In this document: positions 25,505-39,713 of the stretch, in pieces | How the letters are laid out: every line of letters starts with the position of its first letter | Position numbering within the stretch: the first letter of the stretch is position 1 | Assembly (NCBI GenBank): GCA_950097015.1 | Contig: CATNEN010000034.1 | Location: forward strand, 3,596,001 to 3,660,000 | DNA from: Macrostomum hystrix | Lineage: Eukaryota > Animalia > Platyhelminthes | Direction of reading: 5' to 3' | Length of the DNA: 64,000 nucleotides | Notes under the pieces: generated by a model | What the model was told of the DNA's origin: nothing | Seen by the model: only the letters and a program-made list of their open reading frames with translations | Database searches by the model: none | Made by a program: the position numbers and the translations under genes

Positions 25505-25855
25505 ATCCTTCAGGGATGTTGTGCTGAGCCTCCTTTCCTTCAGGGATGGTCTGCTGAGCCTCCTATCCTTCAGGGATGGTCTGCTGAGCCTCCTATCCTT
25601 CAGGGATGGTCTGCTGAGCCTCCTATCCTTCAGGGATGGTCTGCTGAGCCTCCTATCCTTCAGGGATGGTCTGCTGAGCCTCCTATCCTTCAGGGATGGT
25701 CTGCTGAGCCTCCTATCCTTCAGGGATGGTCTGCTGAGCCTCCTATCCTTCAGGGATGGTCTGCTGAGCCTCCTATCCTTCAGGGATGGTTTGTTGAACC
25801 TGCTGAACCTCCTATCATTTAGTGTCGAATGTCATATCCTTCAGGGATGGCTGTA
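25505..25855. repeat. 30-bp minisatellite (tcctatccttcagggatggtctgctgagcc)
   Basis: About 10 copies just downstream of the Skp1 stop codon. Confidence 0.96.
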
Positions 25856-26020
25856 GTGCTGAACCTCTTAGATCTCTCAGGAATTGATTGGGTGCAGAAG
25901 CTTTAGGCTTTCAAGCACAATTTCTTTTCCTCGATCCTGTAATTGATTTATCCCAAAGCATGAATACTTGCGAGACACAGGGAATTCTAATAGAACTAAG
26001 CTGAGATTGCGTGGTCATGC

Positions 26021-29000
26021 CTACTTTTCCTCGCACCATTCCGTCTCCCGTCGCACCTGCTCCTCCTCCTGGGGCGTGAAATCGCAGCGAATGTTGAACG
26101 CCTTCCGGATTTCCTCCGGGCTTCGGCCGCGAATAGCGTCGGCCACGGCTTTGCAGGCTGCGTCCAGCAGGCCGCGAATGTCCAAATAGTTGGCAGCCTG
26201 GATTAGCTCGAACAGCGAGGTCTGGTCCATGCGCAGGAACTCGGCGTCCCAGCTTGACAGCTGCTGCGGCTGCAGCTCCCTGAGGGATGTCAGGGCGATG
26301 GTTTGCACAACCGGGCACCCAACAGACACCCTAGCAACTCAGAAGCCACCCAAGCACTCAGGAGACACCCTAGACATTCAGGAGACACCGTAGACATTCA
26401 AGAGACGCCCTAGCCTCTCAGCAGTCACCCTAGCTACTCAGCAGACACCCTAGCCACTCAGCAGACACCCTAGACATTAAATAGACACCGTACCCTAGAC
26501 ACTCAGCAAACACTCTAGATATTCATGAGACACCGTACCCTAGACACTCAGCAAACACTCTAGATATTCATGAGACACCGTACCCTAGACACTCAGCAAA
26601 CACTCTAGATATTCATGAGACACCGTACCCTAGACACTCAGCAAGCACTCTAGATATTCATGAGACACCGTACCCTAGACACTCAGCAAACACTCTAGAT
26701 ATTCATGAGACACCGTACCCTAGACACTCAGCAAACACTCTAGATATTCATGAGACACCGTACCCTAGACACTCAGCAAACACTCTAGATATTCATGAGA
26801 CACCGTACCCTAGACACTCAGCAAGCACTCTAGATATTCATGAGACACCGTACCCTAGACACTCAGCAAACACTCTAGATATTCATGAGACACCGTACCC
26901 TAAACACTCAGCAAACACTCTAGATATTCATGAGACACCGTACCCTAGACACTCAGCAAACACTCTAGATATTCATGAGACACCGTACCCTAGACACTCA
27001 GCAAACACTCTAGATATTCATGAGACACCGTACCCTAAACACTCAGCAAACACTCTAGATATTCATGAGACACCGTACCCTAGACACTCAGCAAACACTC
27101 TAGATATTCATGAGACACCGTACCCTAAACACTCAGCAAACACTCTAGATATTCATGAGACACCGTACCCTAGACACTCAGCAAACACTCTAGATATTCA
27201 TGAGACACCGTACCCTAGACACTCAGCAAACACTCTAGATATTCATGAGACACCGTACCCTAGACACTCAGCAAACACTCTAGATATTCATGAGACACCG
27301 TACCCTAGACACTCAGCAAACACTCTAGATATTCATGAGACACCGTACCCTAAACACTCAGCAAACACTCTAGATATTCATGAGACACCGTACCCTAGAC
27401 ACTCAGCAAACACTCTAGACATTCATGAGACACCGTACCCTAGACACTCAGCAAACACTCTAGATATTCATGAGACACCGTACCCTAGACACTCAGCAAA
27501 CACTCTAGATATTCATGAGACACCGTACCCTAAACACTCAGCAAACACTCTAGATATTCATGAGACACCGTACCCTAGACACTCAGCAAACACTCTAGAT
27601 ATTCATGAGACACCGTACCCTAGACACTCAGCAAACACTCTAGATATTCATGAGACACCGTACCCTAGACACTCAGCAAACACTCTAGATATTCATGAGA
27701 CACCGTACCCTAAACACTCAGCAAACACTCTAGATATTCATGAGACACCGTACCCTAAACACTCAGCAAACACTCTAGATATTCATGAGACACCGTACCC
27801 TAAACACTCAGCAAACACTCTAGATATTCATGAGACACCGTACCCTAGACACTCAGCAAACACTCTAGATATTCATGAGACACCGTACCCTAGACACTCA
27901 GCAAACACTCTAGATATTCATGAGACACCGTACCCTAAACACTCAGCAAACACTCTAGATATTCATGAGACACCGTACCCTAGACACTCAGCAAACACTC
28001 TAGATATTCATGAGACACCGTACCCTAAACACTCAGCAAACACTCTAGATATTCATGAGACACCGTACCCTAGACACTCAGCAAACACTCTAGATATTCA
28101 TGAGACACCGTACCCTAGACACTCAGCAAACACTCTAGATATTCATGAGACACCGTACCCTAGACACTCAGCAAACACTCTAGATATTCATGAGACACCG
28201 TACCCTAGACACTCAGCAAACACTCTAGATATTCATGAGACACCGTACCCTAAACACTCAGCAAACACTCTAGATATTCATGAGACACCGTACCCTAAAC
28301 ACTCAGCAAACACTCTAGATATTCATGAGACACCGTACCCTAAACACTCAGCAAACACTCTAGATATTCATGAGACACCGTACCCTAGACACTCAGCAAA
28401 CACTCTAGATATTCATGAGACACCGTACCCTAGACACTCAGCAAACACTCTAGATATTCATGAGACACCGTACCCTAAACACTCAGCAAACACTCTAGAT
28501 ATTCATGAGACACCGTACCCTAAACACTCAGCAAACACTCTAGATATTCATGAGACACCGTACCCTAAACACTCAGCAAACACTCTAGATATTCATGAGA
28601 CACCGTACCCTAGACACTCAGCAAACACTCTAGATATTCATGAGACACCGTACCCTAGACACTCAGCAAACACTCTAGATATTCATGAGACACCGTACCC
28701 TAGACACTCAGCAAACACTCTAGATATTCATGAGACACCGTACCCTAAACACTCAGCAAACACTCTAGATATTCATGAGACACCGTACCCTAAACACTCA
28801 GCAAACACTCTAGATATTCATGAGACACCGTACCCTAAACACTCAGCAAACACTCTAGATATTCATGAGACACCGTACCCTAAACACTCAGCAAACACTC
28901 TAGATATTCATGAGACACCGTACCCTAGACACTCAGCAAACACTCTAGATATTCATGAGACACCGTACCCTAGACACTCAGCAAACACTCTAGATATTCA

Positions 29001-30205
29001 TGAGACACCGTACCCTAAACACTCAGCAAACACTCTAGATATTCATGAGACACCGTACCCTAAACACTCAGCAAACACTCTAGATATTCATGAGACACCG
29101 TACCCTAAACACTCAGCAAACACTCTAGATATTCATGAGACACCGTACCCTAAACACTCAGCAAACACTCTAGATATTCATGAGACACCGTACCCTAAAC
29201 ACTCAGCAAACACTCTAGATATTCATGAGACACCGTACCCTAGACACTCAGCAAACACTCTAGATATTCATGAGACACCGTACCCTAAACACTCAGCAAA
29301 CACTCTAGATATTCATGAGACACCGTACCCTAGACACTCAGCAAACACTCTAGATATTCATGAGACACCGTACCCTAGACACTCAGCAAACACTCTAGAT
29401 ATTCATGAGACACCGTACCCTAGACACTCAGCAAACACTCTAGATATTCATGAGACACCGTACCCTAGACACTCAGCAAACACTCTAGATATTCATGAGA
29501 CACCGTACCCTAGACACTCAGCAAACACTCTAGATATTCATGAGACACCGTACCCTAGACACTCAGCAAACACTCTAGATATTCATGAGACACCGTACCC
29601 TAGACACTCAGCAAACACTCTAGATATTCATGAGACACCGTACCCTAGACACTCAGCAAACACTCTAGATATTCATGAGACACCGTACCCTAGACACTCA
29701 GCAAACACTCTAGATATTCATGAGACACCGTACCCTAAACACTCAGCAAACACTCTAGATATTCATGAGACACCGTACCCTAGACACTCAGCAAACACTC
29801 TAGATATTCATGAGACACCGTACCCTAGACACTCAGCAAGCACTCTAGACATTCATGAGACACCCTAGCCATAATTTCAGGCTATTTATCTAACCGACCC
29901 TCAGCAGACGCCCAGAAAACCCGAGTTGAGCCACATCTTACCCATCACGCATACCGAGCAGCTCACCTGGCATTTTCATCGTCTTCAGGCGGTGGCGGGT
30001 CGTCTTTGTGATGCGCGCACCAGGCTAGCGCCTTGCGTAATGCCGGCGAGGCCACGTGCGGCAGCGGAATGGCCTCCTCGTCGTCGTCTATTTCGGTCAC
30101 GCCGAGGTCGTGCAGCATCGACCGGAGCAGCAGAGACTGCTTGGCTGTGTCGGCTTCAACTTCGACAATTTCATTGTCGCTGGTCAACAGTTTGATGCCC
30201 GGCAT
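26021..30205 (-). CDS. SKP1: S-phase kinase-associated protein 1 (Skp1) homolog, 2 exons, 165 aa
   Basis: Exons 30205..29967 and 26279..26021 (phase 2, AG|GTGAGC ... CTCAG|G). Hallmark motifs: [73 protein letters not shown]. Confidence 0.95.
26310..29868. repeat. 45-bp minisatellite (taccctagacactcagcaaacactctagatattcatgagacaccg) filling the Skp1 intron
   Basis: About 75 near-identical copies from ~26490, preceded by degenerate ~20-bp units. Confidence 0.98.
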
Positions 30206-30251
30206 GCCTCAGCTGGCAAATATTGAACTTGGGGATTTAAATTGACCAATA

Positions 30252-30965
30252 TAACTTCAGGGACATCTGATTCTATAATTCAGAGACATCTGACTCAGAA
30301 ACTTCAGGGACATTTGGACTTACAATTTCAGGGACATCTGATTCTAAAACTTCAGAGACATCTGATTCATAAACTTCAGGGACATTTAGACTTACAATTT
30401 CAGGGACATCTGATTCTAAAACTTCAGAGACATCTGATTCTAAAACTTCAGGGACATCTGATTTAGAAACTTCAGGGACATCTGATTCTAAAACTTCAGA
30501 GACATCTGATTCATAAACTTCAGGGACATTTAGACTTACAATTTCAGGGACATCTGATTCTAAAACTTCAGAGACATCTGATTCTAAAACTTCAGGGACA
30601 TCTGATTTAGAAACTTCAGGGACATCTGATTCTAAAACTTCAGGGACATCTGATTCTATAACTTCAGAGACATCTGATTCAGAAACTTCAGGGACATCTC
30701 ATTCAGAAACTTCAGGGACATTTAGACTTACAATTTCAGGGACATCTGATTCTAAAACTTCAGAGACATCTGATTCTAAAACTTCAGGGACATCTGATTC
30801 TAAAACTTCAGGGACATCTGATTCTAAAACTTCAGAGACATCTGATTCATAAACTTCAGGGACATTTGGACTTAAAATTTCAGAGACATTTGGAACTAAA
30901 ACTTCAGGGACATCTGATTCATAAACTTCAGGGACATTTGGACTTAAAACTTCAGAGACATCTGA
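30252..30965. repeat. 24-bp minisatellite (acttcagggacatctgattctaaa)
   Basis: About 29 copies directly upstream of Skp1. Confidence 0.95.
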
Positions 30966-31914
30966 TTAAAAAAGTTAATAAGGTAATAAATAAAAAAGAC
31001 AAAATACAATAAAAAGTGAAGTCGATAAGCCAAATTGTCAAGTCAACTAATCAACTGACAAAATCAATTTATTTTACGATTTGCAAACAAAACATAAAGC
31101 TTAACAGTTTCACGTAATAGAAATGTTTTTTAGAAATATAAAATATATTTACTATTAGTTTAAATTAATTTTTATCCCTGTAAAAAATTTAAACGAATAC
31201 CAACAAAATAAATAAATAAGATCAACTATGCGTCATATAAAGGGTACAAGAACAGAGTAAGCTCACCAGGCCAACAAGAACAAAACACTGGAAGGCATAC
31301 ATTGCAACTAATCTTGTACATATACACGTCAAAGAAAATGTTTTTTAAACTATGCGACTTGTATGAATTTGGTAAATAAATATGTACAGACACTAATGCA
31401 TATTTTAATTACTAGTATTGAATTAATATTAAGTTGAATATAAATTGTTCTTGACAAATACTGCCTCACACTTAAAAATTTCGATTTCGGTATAACAAAG
31501 GATAAATTATTGGGTATAGCTAGTATTATACTGCAATAAGTGCCTTTAATAATAAAATCGTTTCTTTTTTATTACCCATTTGATTTTGATACAATTTTTC
31601 TCATAAAAAATTACGTACAAAAATGTTACAGCATGAAGCAATAACAAATCCTAATGGTGTTTTATTAACAAAATGACAAGGTAACTTAATTGCCTGTTTT
31701 TGGAGCATGGACATACGAGTATCGAATTGACTGTTAGAACATGGAGCTACATAATTAATAGATATTTGGACATGAGGGGGAAATGCAAAATACAGACAAT
31801 TAATCATTCAGTGGGTGGTTGACAAATAAGTACAAGCGATTGATTATGGCTACTGTAGACAAATATAGCGACACACATGTGAATACAGGAAATATATATT
31901 TGTGAGCAAGCTAT

Positions 31915-33450
31915 AGACACGGATACAGAATGGAAGATGCAAGATACTAGACACGGATAGAGAATGGAAAGAGCAAAGATAATAGACACGGATAGAGAAT
32001 GGAAAGAGCAAAGATAATAGACACGGATAGAGAATGGAAGGAGCAAGATAATAGACACGGATAGAGAATGGAAAGAGCAAGATAATAGACACGGATAGAG
32101 AATGGAAGGAGCAAGATACTAGACACGGATAGAGAATGGAAGGAGCAAAGATAACAGACACGGATACAGAATGGAAGGAGCAAGATACTAGACACGCATA
32201 GAGAATGGAAGGAGCAAGATAATAGACACGGATACAGAATGGAAGGAGCAAGATAATAGACACGGATACAGAATGGAAGGAGCAAGATAATAGACACGGA
32301 TACAGAATGGAAGGAGCAAGATACTAGACACGCATAGAGAATGGAAGGAGCAAGATAATAGACACGGACAGAGAATGGAAAGGAGCAAGATACTAGACAC
32401 GGATAGAGAATGGAAAGGAGCAAGATACTAGACACGGATAGAGAATGGAAAGTGCAAGATAATAGACGCGGATAGAGAATGGAAGGAGCAAGATACTAGA
32501 CACGCATAGAGAATGAAAAGAGCAAGATAACAGACACGCATAGAGAATGGAAGGAGCAAGATAATAGACACGGATAGAGAATGGAAAGAGCAAAGATAAT
32601 AGACACGCATAGAGAATGAAAAGAGCAAGATAACAGACACGCATAGAGAATGGAAGGAGCAAGATAATAGACACGGATACAGAATGGAAGGAGCAAGATA
32701 ATAGACACGGATACAGAATGGAAGGAGCAAGATAATAGACACGGATACAGAATGGAAGGAGCAAGATACTAGACACGGATAGAGAATGGAAGGAGCAAGA
32801 TAATAGACACGGATACAGAATGGAAGGAGCAAGATAATAGACACGTATACAGAATGGAAGGAGCAAGATACTAGACACGCATAGAGAATGGAAGGAGCAA
32901 GATAATAGACACGGACAGAGAATGGAAAGTGCAAGATAATAGACGCGGATAGAGAATGGAAGGAGCAAGATACTAGACACGCATAGAGAATGAAAAGAGC
33001 AAGATAACAGACACGCATAGAGAATGGAAGGAGCAAGATAATAGACACGGATACAGAATGGAAGGAGCAAGATAATAGACACGGATACAGAATGGAAGGA
33101 GCAAGATAATAGACACGGATACAGAATGGAAGGAGCAAGATACTAGACACGCATAGAGAATGGAAGGAGCAAGATAATAGACACGGATACAGAATGGAAG
33201 GAGCAAGATAATAGACACGGATACAGAATGGAAGGAGCAAGATACTAGACACGCATAGAGAATAGAAGGAGCAAGATAATAGACACGGATAGAGAATGGA
33301 AAGGAGCAAGATAATAGACACGCATAGAGAATGAAAAGAGCAAGATAACAGACACGCATAGAGAATGGAAGGAGCAAGATAATAGACACGGATAGAGAAT
33401 GGAAAGGAGCAAGATAATAGACACGGATAGAGAATGGAAAGTACAAGATG
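31915..33450. repeat. 34/35-bp minisatellite (gatagagaatggaaggagcaagataatagacacg)
   Basis: About 44 copies; source of hydrophobic pseudo-ORFs on the - strand. Confidence 0.97.
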
Positions 33451-33511
33451 AAACAGGAATAAAGAGTAAGAAATGATTTTTTGGATGAATTACCAATGAT
33501 TTGGGCGCGCA

Positions 33512-35268
33512 TTAATTGTCAGCCGCAGCAGTAGTGGCAGCCGCAGCGCCAATGGCTTCCTGTTGCTGATCGGTGGCACTAGCGGAGGTTGTTGAAGCGC
33601 TGTTCCGCGCTCTCTTCCGCTCAGTAGGTTGGTCTGGTTCAACACTGGCCCTACCGTCACTGTCGCTATTATAGTTCTCATCCTCCTCATCGTCTTCGCT
33701 ATTCGCCAGATTATTTTCCTTTGTATCCTTGCCACCGTCCGCGGCATCCGATGCTGCAAGTGGCTCTTCGGCGCGTCGTTTTACGCCTCCTCCGCCGCCC
33801 TCGCTACCCACAGTGGAGGAAGGCGCTGTAGAGGCGGCTTTATTCGCGGCGGCGAAGCTGCGCATCTCTTGAAGACGCGACTGCAGGGCAGAGTTCAATA
33901 ATTGTGCATCATTAACCGAATTGAATACCAGCAAGCAAACTCGAAGGCCTCGCCGGTAACTGCCGCCGCTGCTCTCGGCGCTCTGCTCGAAGTCGTCAGC
34001 GGATTGTTGAACACTGACGCGCAGTCGCTTGGCATTGCCGGCCTCGCCAACGAGTTCGACACTCATCTCTGGCCAAAGCATGGTGTTGATGATTACCTGC
34101 GTCAGGTGGGCAGATTAGAACTGATATATATATATATAATTGTTTAAGGGATAATTCTTTTTATTATACCTGCCCCTATAGGGCCAGATATGCAGCAGAA
34201 ACTACAGCCGCAGCTATTGCGTGGCACATCTGAAGGTTGTGTACGGCTGTTTAGTCCATGGACTGGGCCGAAACCACACCCACCCACTTAGGGGACAGGG
34301 CGTCGGATAGACAATGGACAAATATTTAACAAACCATAATCGGGTTATAATTCCAGATGTCCATCGAATGGCATTTAAGGTGTAAGGACAGAACGTTGTG
34401 CGCGTCAAATCTACTGTTAAAAATATGTATTAAATGTTCTCCAGCCGCAGACCTTGAGACCGCCCTGACTCCGGCAGATGAGGCGGGATTTGAGCGGCTG
34501 CAGGCCCCGCTCTCCGGGTGACGAGCGCCTGTCGTTCAGCCGCAGGTGGGCGCGGCCTCGCTCAGCCCAGGCCTTGGCGGCGGTGTCGAAGACAAAAACT
34601 CGGCACTGCAGGCGCAGCACATTCTCTTCGTCTTCCTCGCCGGTAACGACGGCAACCTGGCTAAGCTCCAGCTGCTGGCGCCGCTCCTGTTCGTATTTTT
34701 CAGCCGACGCTTTCAATGCCGACGCCACCTGGTCGTCTTTCGCAGCCTGCACGGCAGCCTGAACAGCTGCGGCGGCCGGACCCGGCTGCGGCTCGTGCTC
34801 ACACTTATCAGCTTTATTTTCGTCGGCTGACGAAGCTTTCGCCGACGACCCAGCGTCGGCGAATGTAGCCGGGGTGGGGCCGGATGCGCCAAACTGCACC
34901 CGATTGGCCAGATTTTCGCCGAATACATAGGAGCCGGAGCCAGCGCTGATTGGGCGAACGAATCGACTAAAATAGTTTTCGCCTACGCTGCCACCATCGC
35001 TAGCAACGCCAGAGTTTTCGGCTGTTGACGTAGATGAAGCAGTGGAAGCTTTGCTGCCGCCATTGCAGGTCTTTGCAGTGCTGCTGCTTGGCCCGGGCAC
35101 TGGGAGACGCGGCGGGCAAAGGCGAAACGGCGACGCTGTCAGCGGTGAGGGCGTGGTGGCAACTTTGTCAGCTGTGGCTGCCAGGCTTGAGGGGCGAAAA
35201 AAACTGTCAGTGGGAGGGGCGCTTCCACTAGCAGAAGTGCTGCTGCTGTTGATGCTGGATTCTGTCAT
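33512..35268 (-). CDS. RANBP3: Ran-binding protein 3 homolog, 2 coding exons, ~466 aa
   Basis: Exons 35268..34453 and 34096..33512 (phase 0). YVFGENLANRV motif plus Ran-binding domain VVTGEEDEENVLRLQCRVFVFD..WAERGRAHLRLND..SRLICRSQGGLK|VIINTMLW, matching RanBP3 as recalled. Confidence 0.9.
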
Positions 35269-35856
35269 GTGGGCAGTCAGAAGGCTTTGCTGTGAAATGT
35301 AAAAAAACATTTGAATAAAATTCTTAAGTCATATTTTGTTAATAAGTCTGAAGATAATTTTTAGAAAGACCAGAAAATGAAAGCTTGTCAATGCAATGAT
35401 TGAAAATAGTTTCATATGAAATTTTACATTATCTAAAAATGAAGTGTTGGCTAAGTAACTCTCAATGTGATTGAAACTCATCACCTTACTATAAATATAA
35501 AAAATCTGACTAATTGATTAAATAATATTTCTTACTAAAGCAAGCTAGTCTGGCCTCACTGTGGAATTTAGCTTAGTGATGAATATTGGAATAATAGGTT
35601 TTAGTGTCCAATTTGTCTACTAAAGCTTGCATATTGATGACAAAACACTACTTTATCACTATCTATAGTTAATAATTTATAGATACCATTCTTAGAATTA
35701 TTATGGCAGTATAGTCAAGAAACTGAACATATAGCTATAGCAACTATTAAATGACAGTAGATAGTTAAAGTTACTAGCTTCTTTAACTAGCATAAAGAAG
35801 CTACCGTAAAGAATATAGTGAGATAGGGCCTCGTTTGTATATTTCTTAGAATTCAA

Positions 35857-35962
35857 TTTCCCGCGAAAAGTTAATATTTTGTTTGACTTTGTGTAAAATT
35901 GTTTAACTGCACCGAAAAACAAAGGTTTTAATGAAGTCGCGGAGGTGAGGAGTAGCGGAAGT
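35857..35962. promoter_or_regulatory. Putative bidirectional promoter core: palindromic E2F-like site and ETS site
   Basis: TTTCCCGCGAAAA at 35857-35869, CGGAAGT at 35956-35962 and a + strand donor-like GGAG|GTGAGG at 35945, all lying between divergent RANBP3 and GOLGA5. Confidence 0.35.
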
Positions 35963-38900
35963 TTTTACTATAAATACACGAGAGAAAGAAAGGAGAAAAA
36001 CAATGTTCGTTTGTGCATTCAGAATAAAGAAAACTTGAATCTTGAAGTGTTCTTGTTAAAGAGTTATTTGAAAGAGACATTGCTAAAGAGGAGTAACCAG
36101 AGTGAAGAATAGCTGTAAATCTATATCCACTGGAAAGCCCAAGACGGACTGAAGACTGAATTGAAGATGGACTGAAGACTGAATTAAAGACTGAATTGAA
36201 GACTGAGTTGAAGAGTAATTGAAGAGTGATAAAGACGGATAAAGACGGATAAAGAGTGATAAAGACGAATAAAGACCGATATAGAAAAAGTTATAAGTAA
36301 GAAACAAATAGAGGAGATAAATACCGGCCATATTATAATGCTACCAGATTGAATACATAACGCTACCAATTGAAATTGAAAACAAATAAAGTAAAGACAA
36401 TAATAAAGATTGACATAAGATATTACTTGAATAAAAGAAGCTTAGAACAATAGTAACTTGAACTAGCCTGTCCTTTAGTTGCTACAGGAACTAAATTTGA
36501 TCTGAGCAAAGAAGTTGCAACAAAAAATTGCATTTACATTGTATATATTAGAATATATTAAATATATATATTAGGGGCTAACATGGGGCTAATTATATAT
36601 TAGCCCCATGTCAATATAAATATTGATGATATTTATGTTTTAAAGTCTGTCAGATCTAGAAAACAATCACTGAATTCCAAAAATGAAAAGAAAAATTCTA
36701 AGAGCCTTGACTAAATTTTAATTATACTTCCTGTTGGTCAAAATGGTTTAAAGTAACCCAAAATTATTATAGCCAAGTGTTTATTACAAATAAGCCTAAG
36801 CCTACTTAACCACTAATAGACAATATTAATCACTAGGGCTATCCCAAAAAGCTAGCTAAAAAATTAGCAAACAAATAAGCCCTGGCCATAGCAATACTAT
36901 AGTAAGACTATGTCCTATGTGTGCTAGAATTTTTTCCTTAGATATTGTAGGCCTAATCTAAACAATATAACAAAAAATTTGATCTGTGCATGGGCATTAG
37001 AGTCTAGTACACTGAACAAAAAAATTACAGCACCAGATAACTTTTTTCTGCACCATGACACAAGAGAATGCCAACGAGCACATATGCTCCAAGTTAAAAC
37101 ACATTCTGTGCTTGAACTTTGCAAGCAAAATGACATCTTTCTGACCATCACACAATAGTGGACAAATGGTCTAATTTAGACCTAGCTCACTAGCTGTCAA
37201 CTTGTTGGAGCAAGAAAGAACTGAAGAGAAAGAACATCACATCAATAACTATTGTAACTAGTCTGACTGTAACTAGAATGTAAGGCCCAGGATATAGTTG
37301 CACACAATGCTAGCTGTTACATATGTCTACATATGTCTAAATGTCTACATTGCATTAAAATTAAATAACTTGTTTGATCAGCAAGAATCTGCAAGATACA
37401 GTATTAGGCCTACTATGCATGCTGATACAGTGATGCTTATTATAAAGGCAGTTGTTATTTGTCCAGTTAACCGGACAAAAAGTCATTTGATTTTTATCTT
37501 ACAAAATTTAATTATTTTATCTTACAAATGATAGAGGTTCTCGTGGTAGTGCTACAACCCCTTCTAACTTAGTTAATCACTCAAGAGGAAAGCCTATCGA
37601 GGACTTAAAATTGTGGTCCTCGCTGTTGATCCAGGTATCGTCCTTTGCTGGTGACCCAGTTGACTTTGTAGAAGTATTTGAATGAGTCGCTACAACTTCA
37701 CACTTCAAAGGAACTTAGGTTACTCTTTAGTTGGATAAAAATACAAATCAAACAGACATTAGTTAGATATAAACAATTTGGCTTAAAGGGAAGATCTCTT
37801 CCGACATGCATAGTTTGGTGCCTTCCTTCTAATGTAGCATTTGGTAGGCCTATGAAATCTAACAATTACGATTACGAAATTAACAATAAAATCACTAACC
37901 GGACGAATAATCAAACATTGCCTATTGTAAATGCATTACCTCATAGATGATATTTTTTCTTATTGTTTCTTGCTAAGTTAATAAGCTTATCTTTTAGCTG
38001 AATATACCAACCTATATAGCTAATAGCTAAATAACTTCTCGGCTAAGTCTCTGAACAAGCGATTGCGACAACAAGTGATAATGTCTGGATAATTTTGATT
38101 TGATTTGATTTTTGATCGATTCAAATATATTATAAAAAGTACATCGTTATATCAAATATTTTTGTCTTTGCTTACCTAATGGGCAGCAGGAAAAAATCTA
38201 AAATTCCAGCCCGGAGTTTAATCTTTTCGGTTGATAATTTATTAATATGGCTATGTTGTATAAATCGTTCCTTTAGTTCTATGCTGCTGTAGCTCATGTT
38301 ACGCGAATATCAATCTATACTTACCATATTAGGGCGCTATATTTAACAGTTACCCTGCTCTTCGCAGCGAAGTTCTTAGACATTGCACTAAATGCTAGGC
38401 TTAACAATAAGAAGAATTGCTTAAAATTTCTAAAATGTTCTATTAGTGCTAATGCTAAGTCTAGAAAAAATAACCACAAATCATGTACTGGGTCTAATTC
38501 AGTTAGGCCCAACCCAATTGATTAAGAGAAAAAGAAATATATATGCGACAGTTTATTTTAAAGCCCTAGCCTTGTTCATGCATTTTGTTTTTAAAAGCCT
38601 AGCCTAGAACAGAAGTAAAATAAATTTGTGTTTTTTGTAAAAATGGAATTTTTGGAATTGAATGGTATTGATAATTGAAATAACTTATTTCACCTGTCTG
38701 ATTGGTCCAGATGTGTACCTAAAAGCATAACTCGAGCTATTGTATTAAGTATCTAAAGACAATGTAGTATTGTTTGTTAGTCCATGGACTAGTAGAATAC
38801 CTTACCTACCCACAATTACGCTAGGTAGGCCTAATTCTTTACCTATCTAAGAGCAAGGTGAACAGAAGCAAAACAGACAAGCAAATGTCTTGCTGAATGA

Positions 38901-39713
38901 GACAAAATGTTTCAGAATGGTCAGAAAACCCCAAGGGCCCAACCTTTAATTTGAGTCTAACCAATAGGCTACAACCCCTTTAATACGGCTTTATGGCTAG
39001 ATATTGAGTTAGTAACTGAAGTAGGCCTACAAATGAAATGACAAAAATAGTAGCTAAGCTAACATATTTTTACTTTGGCTGCTAGTATTTCAATGTGCAA
39101 AAACAAACTAAAGCTTGATATAGCTTCTATGCTACTTTGATTTTAGTTTTCAGTGTTACATTTATTTGCATATTTTATTATAATAGTTAGCCTTGTTTAC
39201 TTTTTGTGTAGGGCTTAATACAAAGGGTGTTTCAAAAGTAATGAAAATTTAGTCATAACTTTTGTATGGACAAACTTTTTGGCTTAAAACTTTTAGCCAG
39301 GAATTTTGCAAAAATATGGACAACACAGTTGTCACACAGCTGACAGCACATTAAAGTTAGTGGTCTCAAATAGATGTTGATAGCCATAAATATGCTCATA
39401 ATTGTTAAAATGCTTGTTCTCAATAAGTCTGAAATAAGCATCCCAGTTGCTACAAAATTAATTTCTATTTCAGTGGTCTAGAGTTAGTTAGAATTCTAGG
39501 CCTAGCCATTAAATAGCTAAATTAGGTACACATGTACATATTAGATATATTGCATAGTGTCTGCATTTCTATTGTTTATATTTGTCCCAGCCTGGTTAGA
39601 CATAGTACAACTATTAATTTGTTTAGGCTAAAAATATATAGCACAACAATGCACTGCTGAAATGTGTCTCACACTTGCAGCATACCAGTGCCTATTAGCC
39701 AAATAGACTCCAA

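Noticed and set aside
10790-29868. CRISPR-like appearance of regular arrays
   Set aside because: Units are head-to-tail with no unique spacers, there are no cas genes, and the context is eukaryotic.
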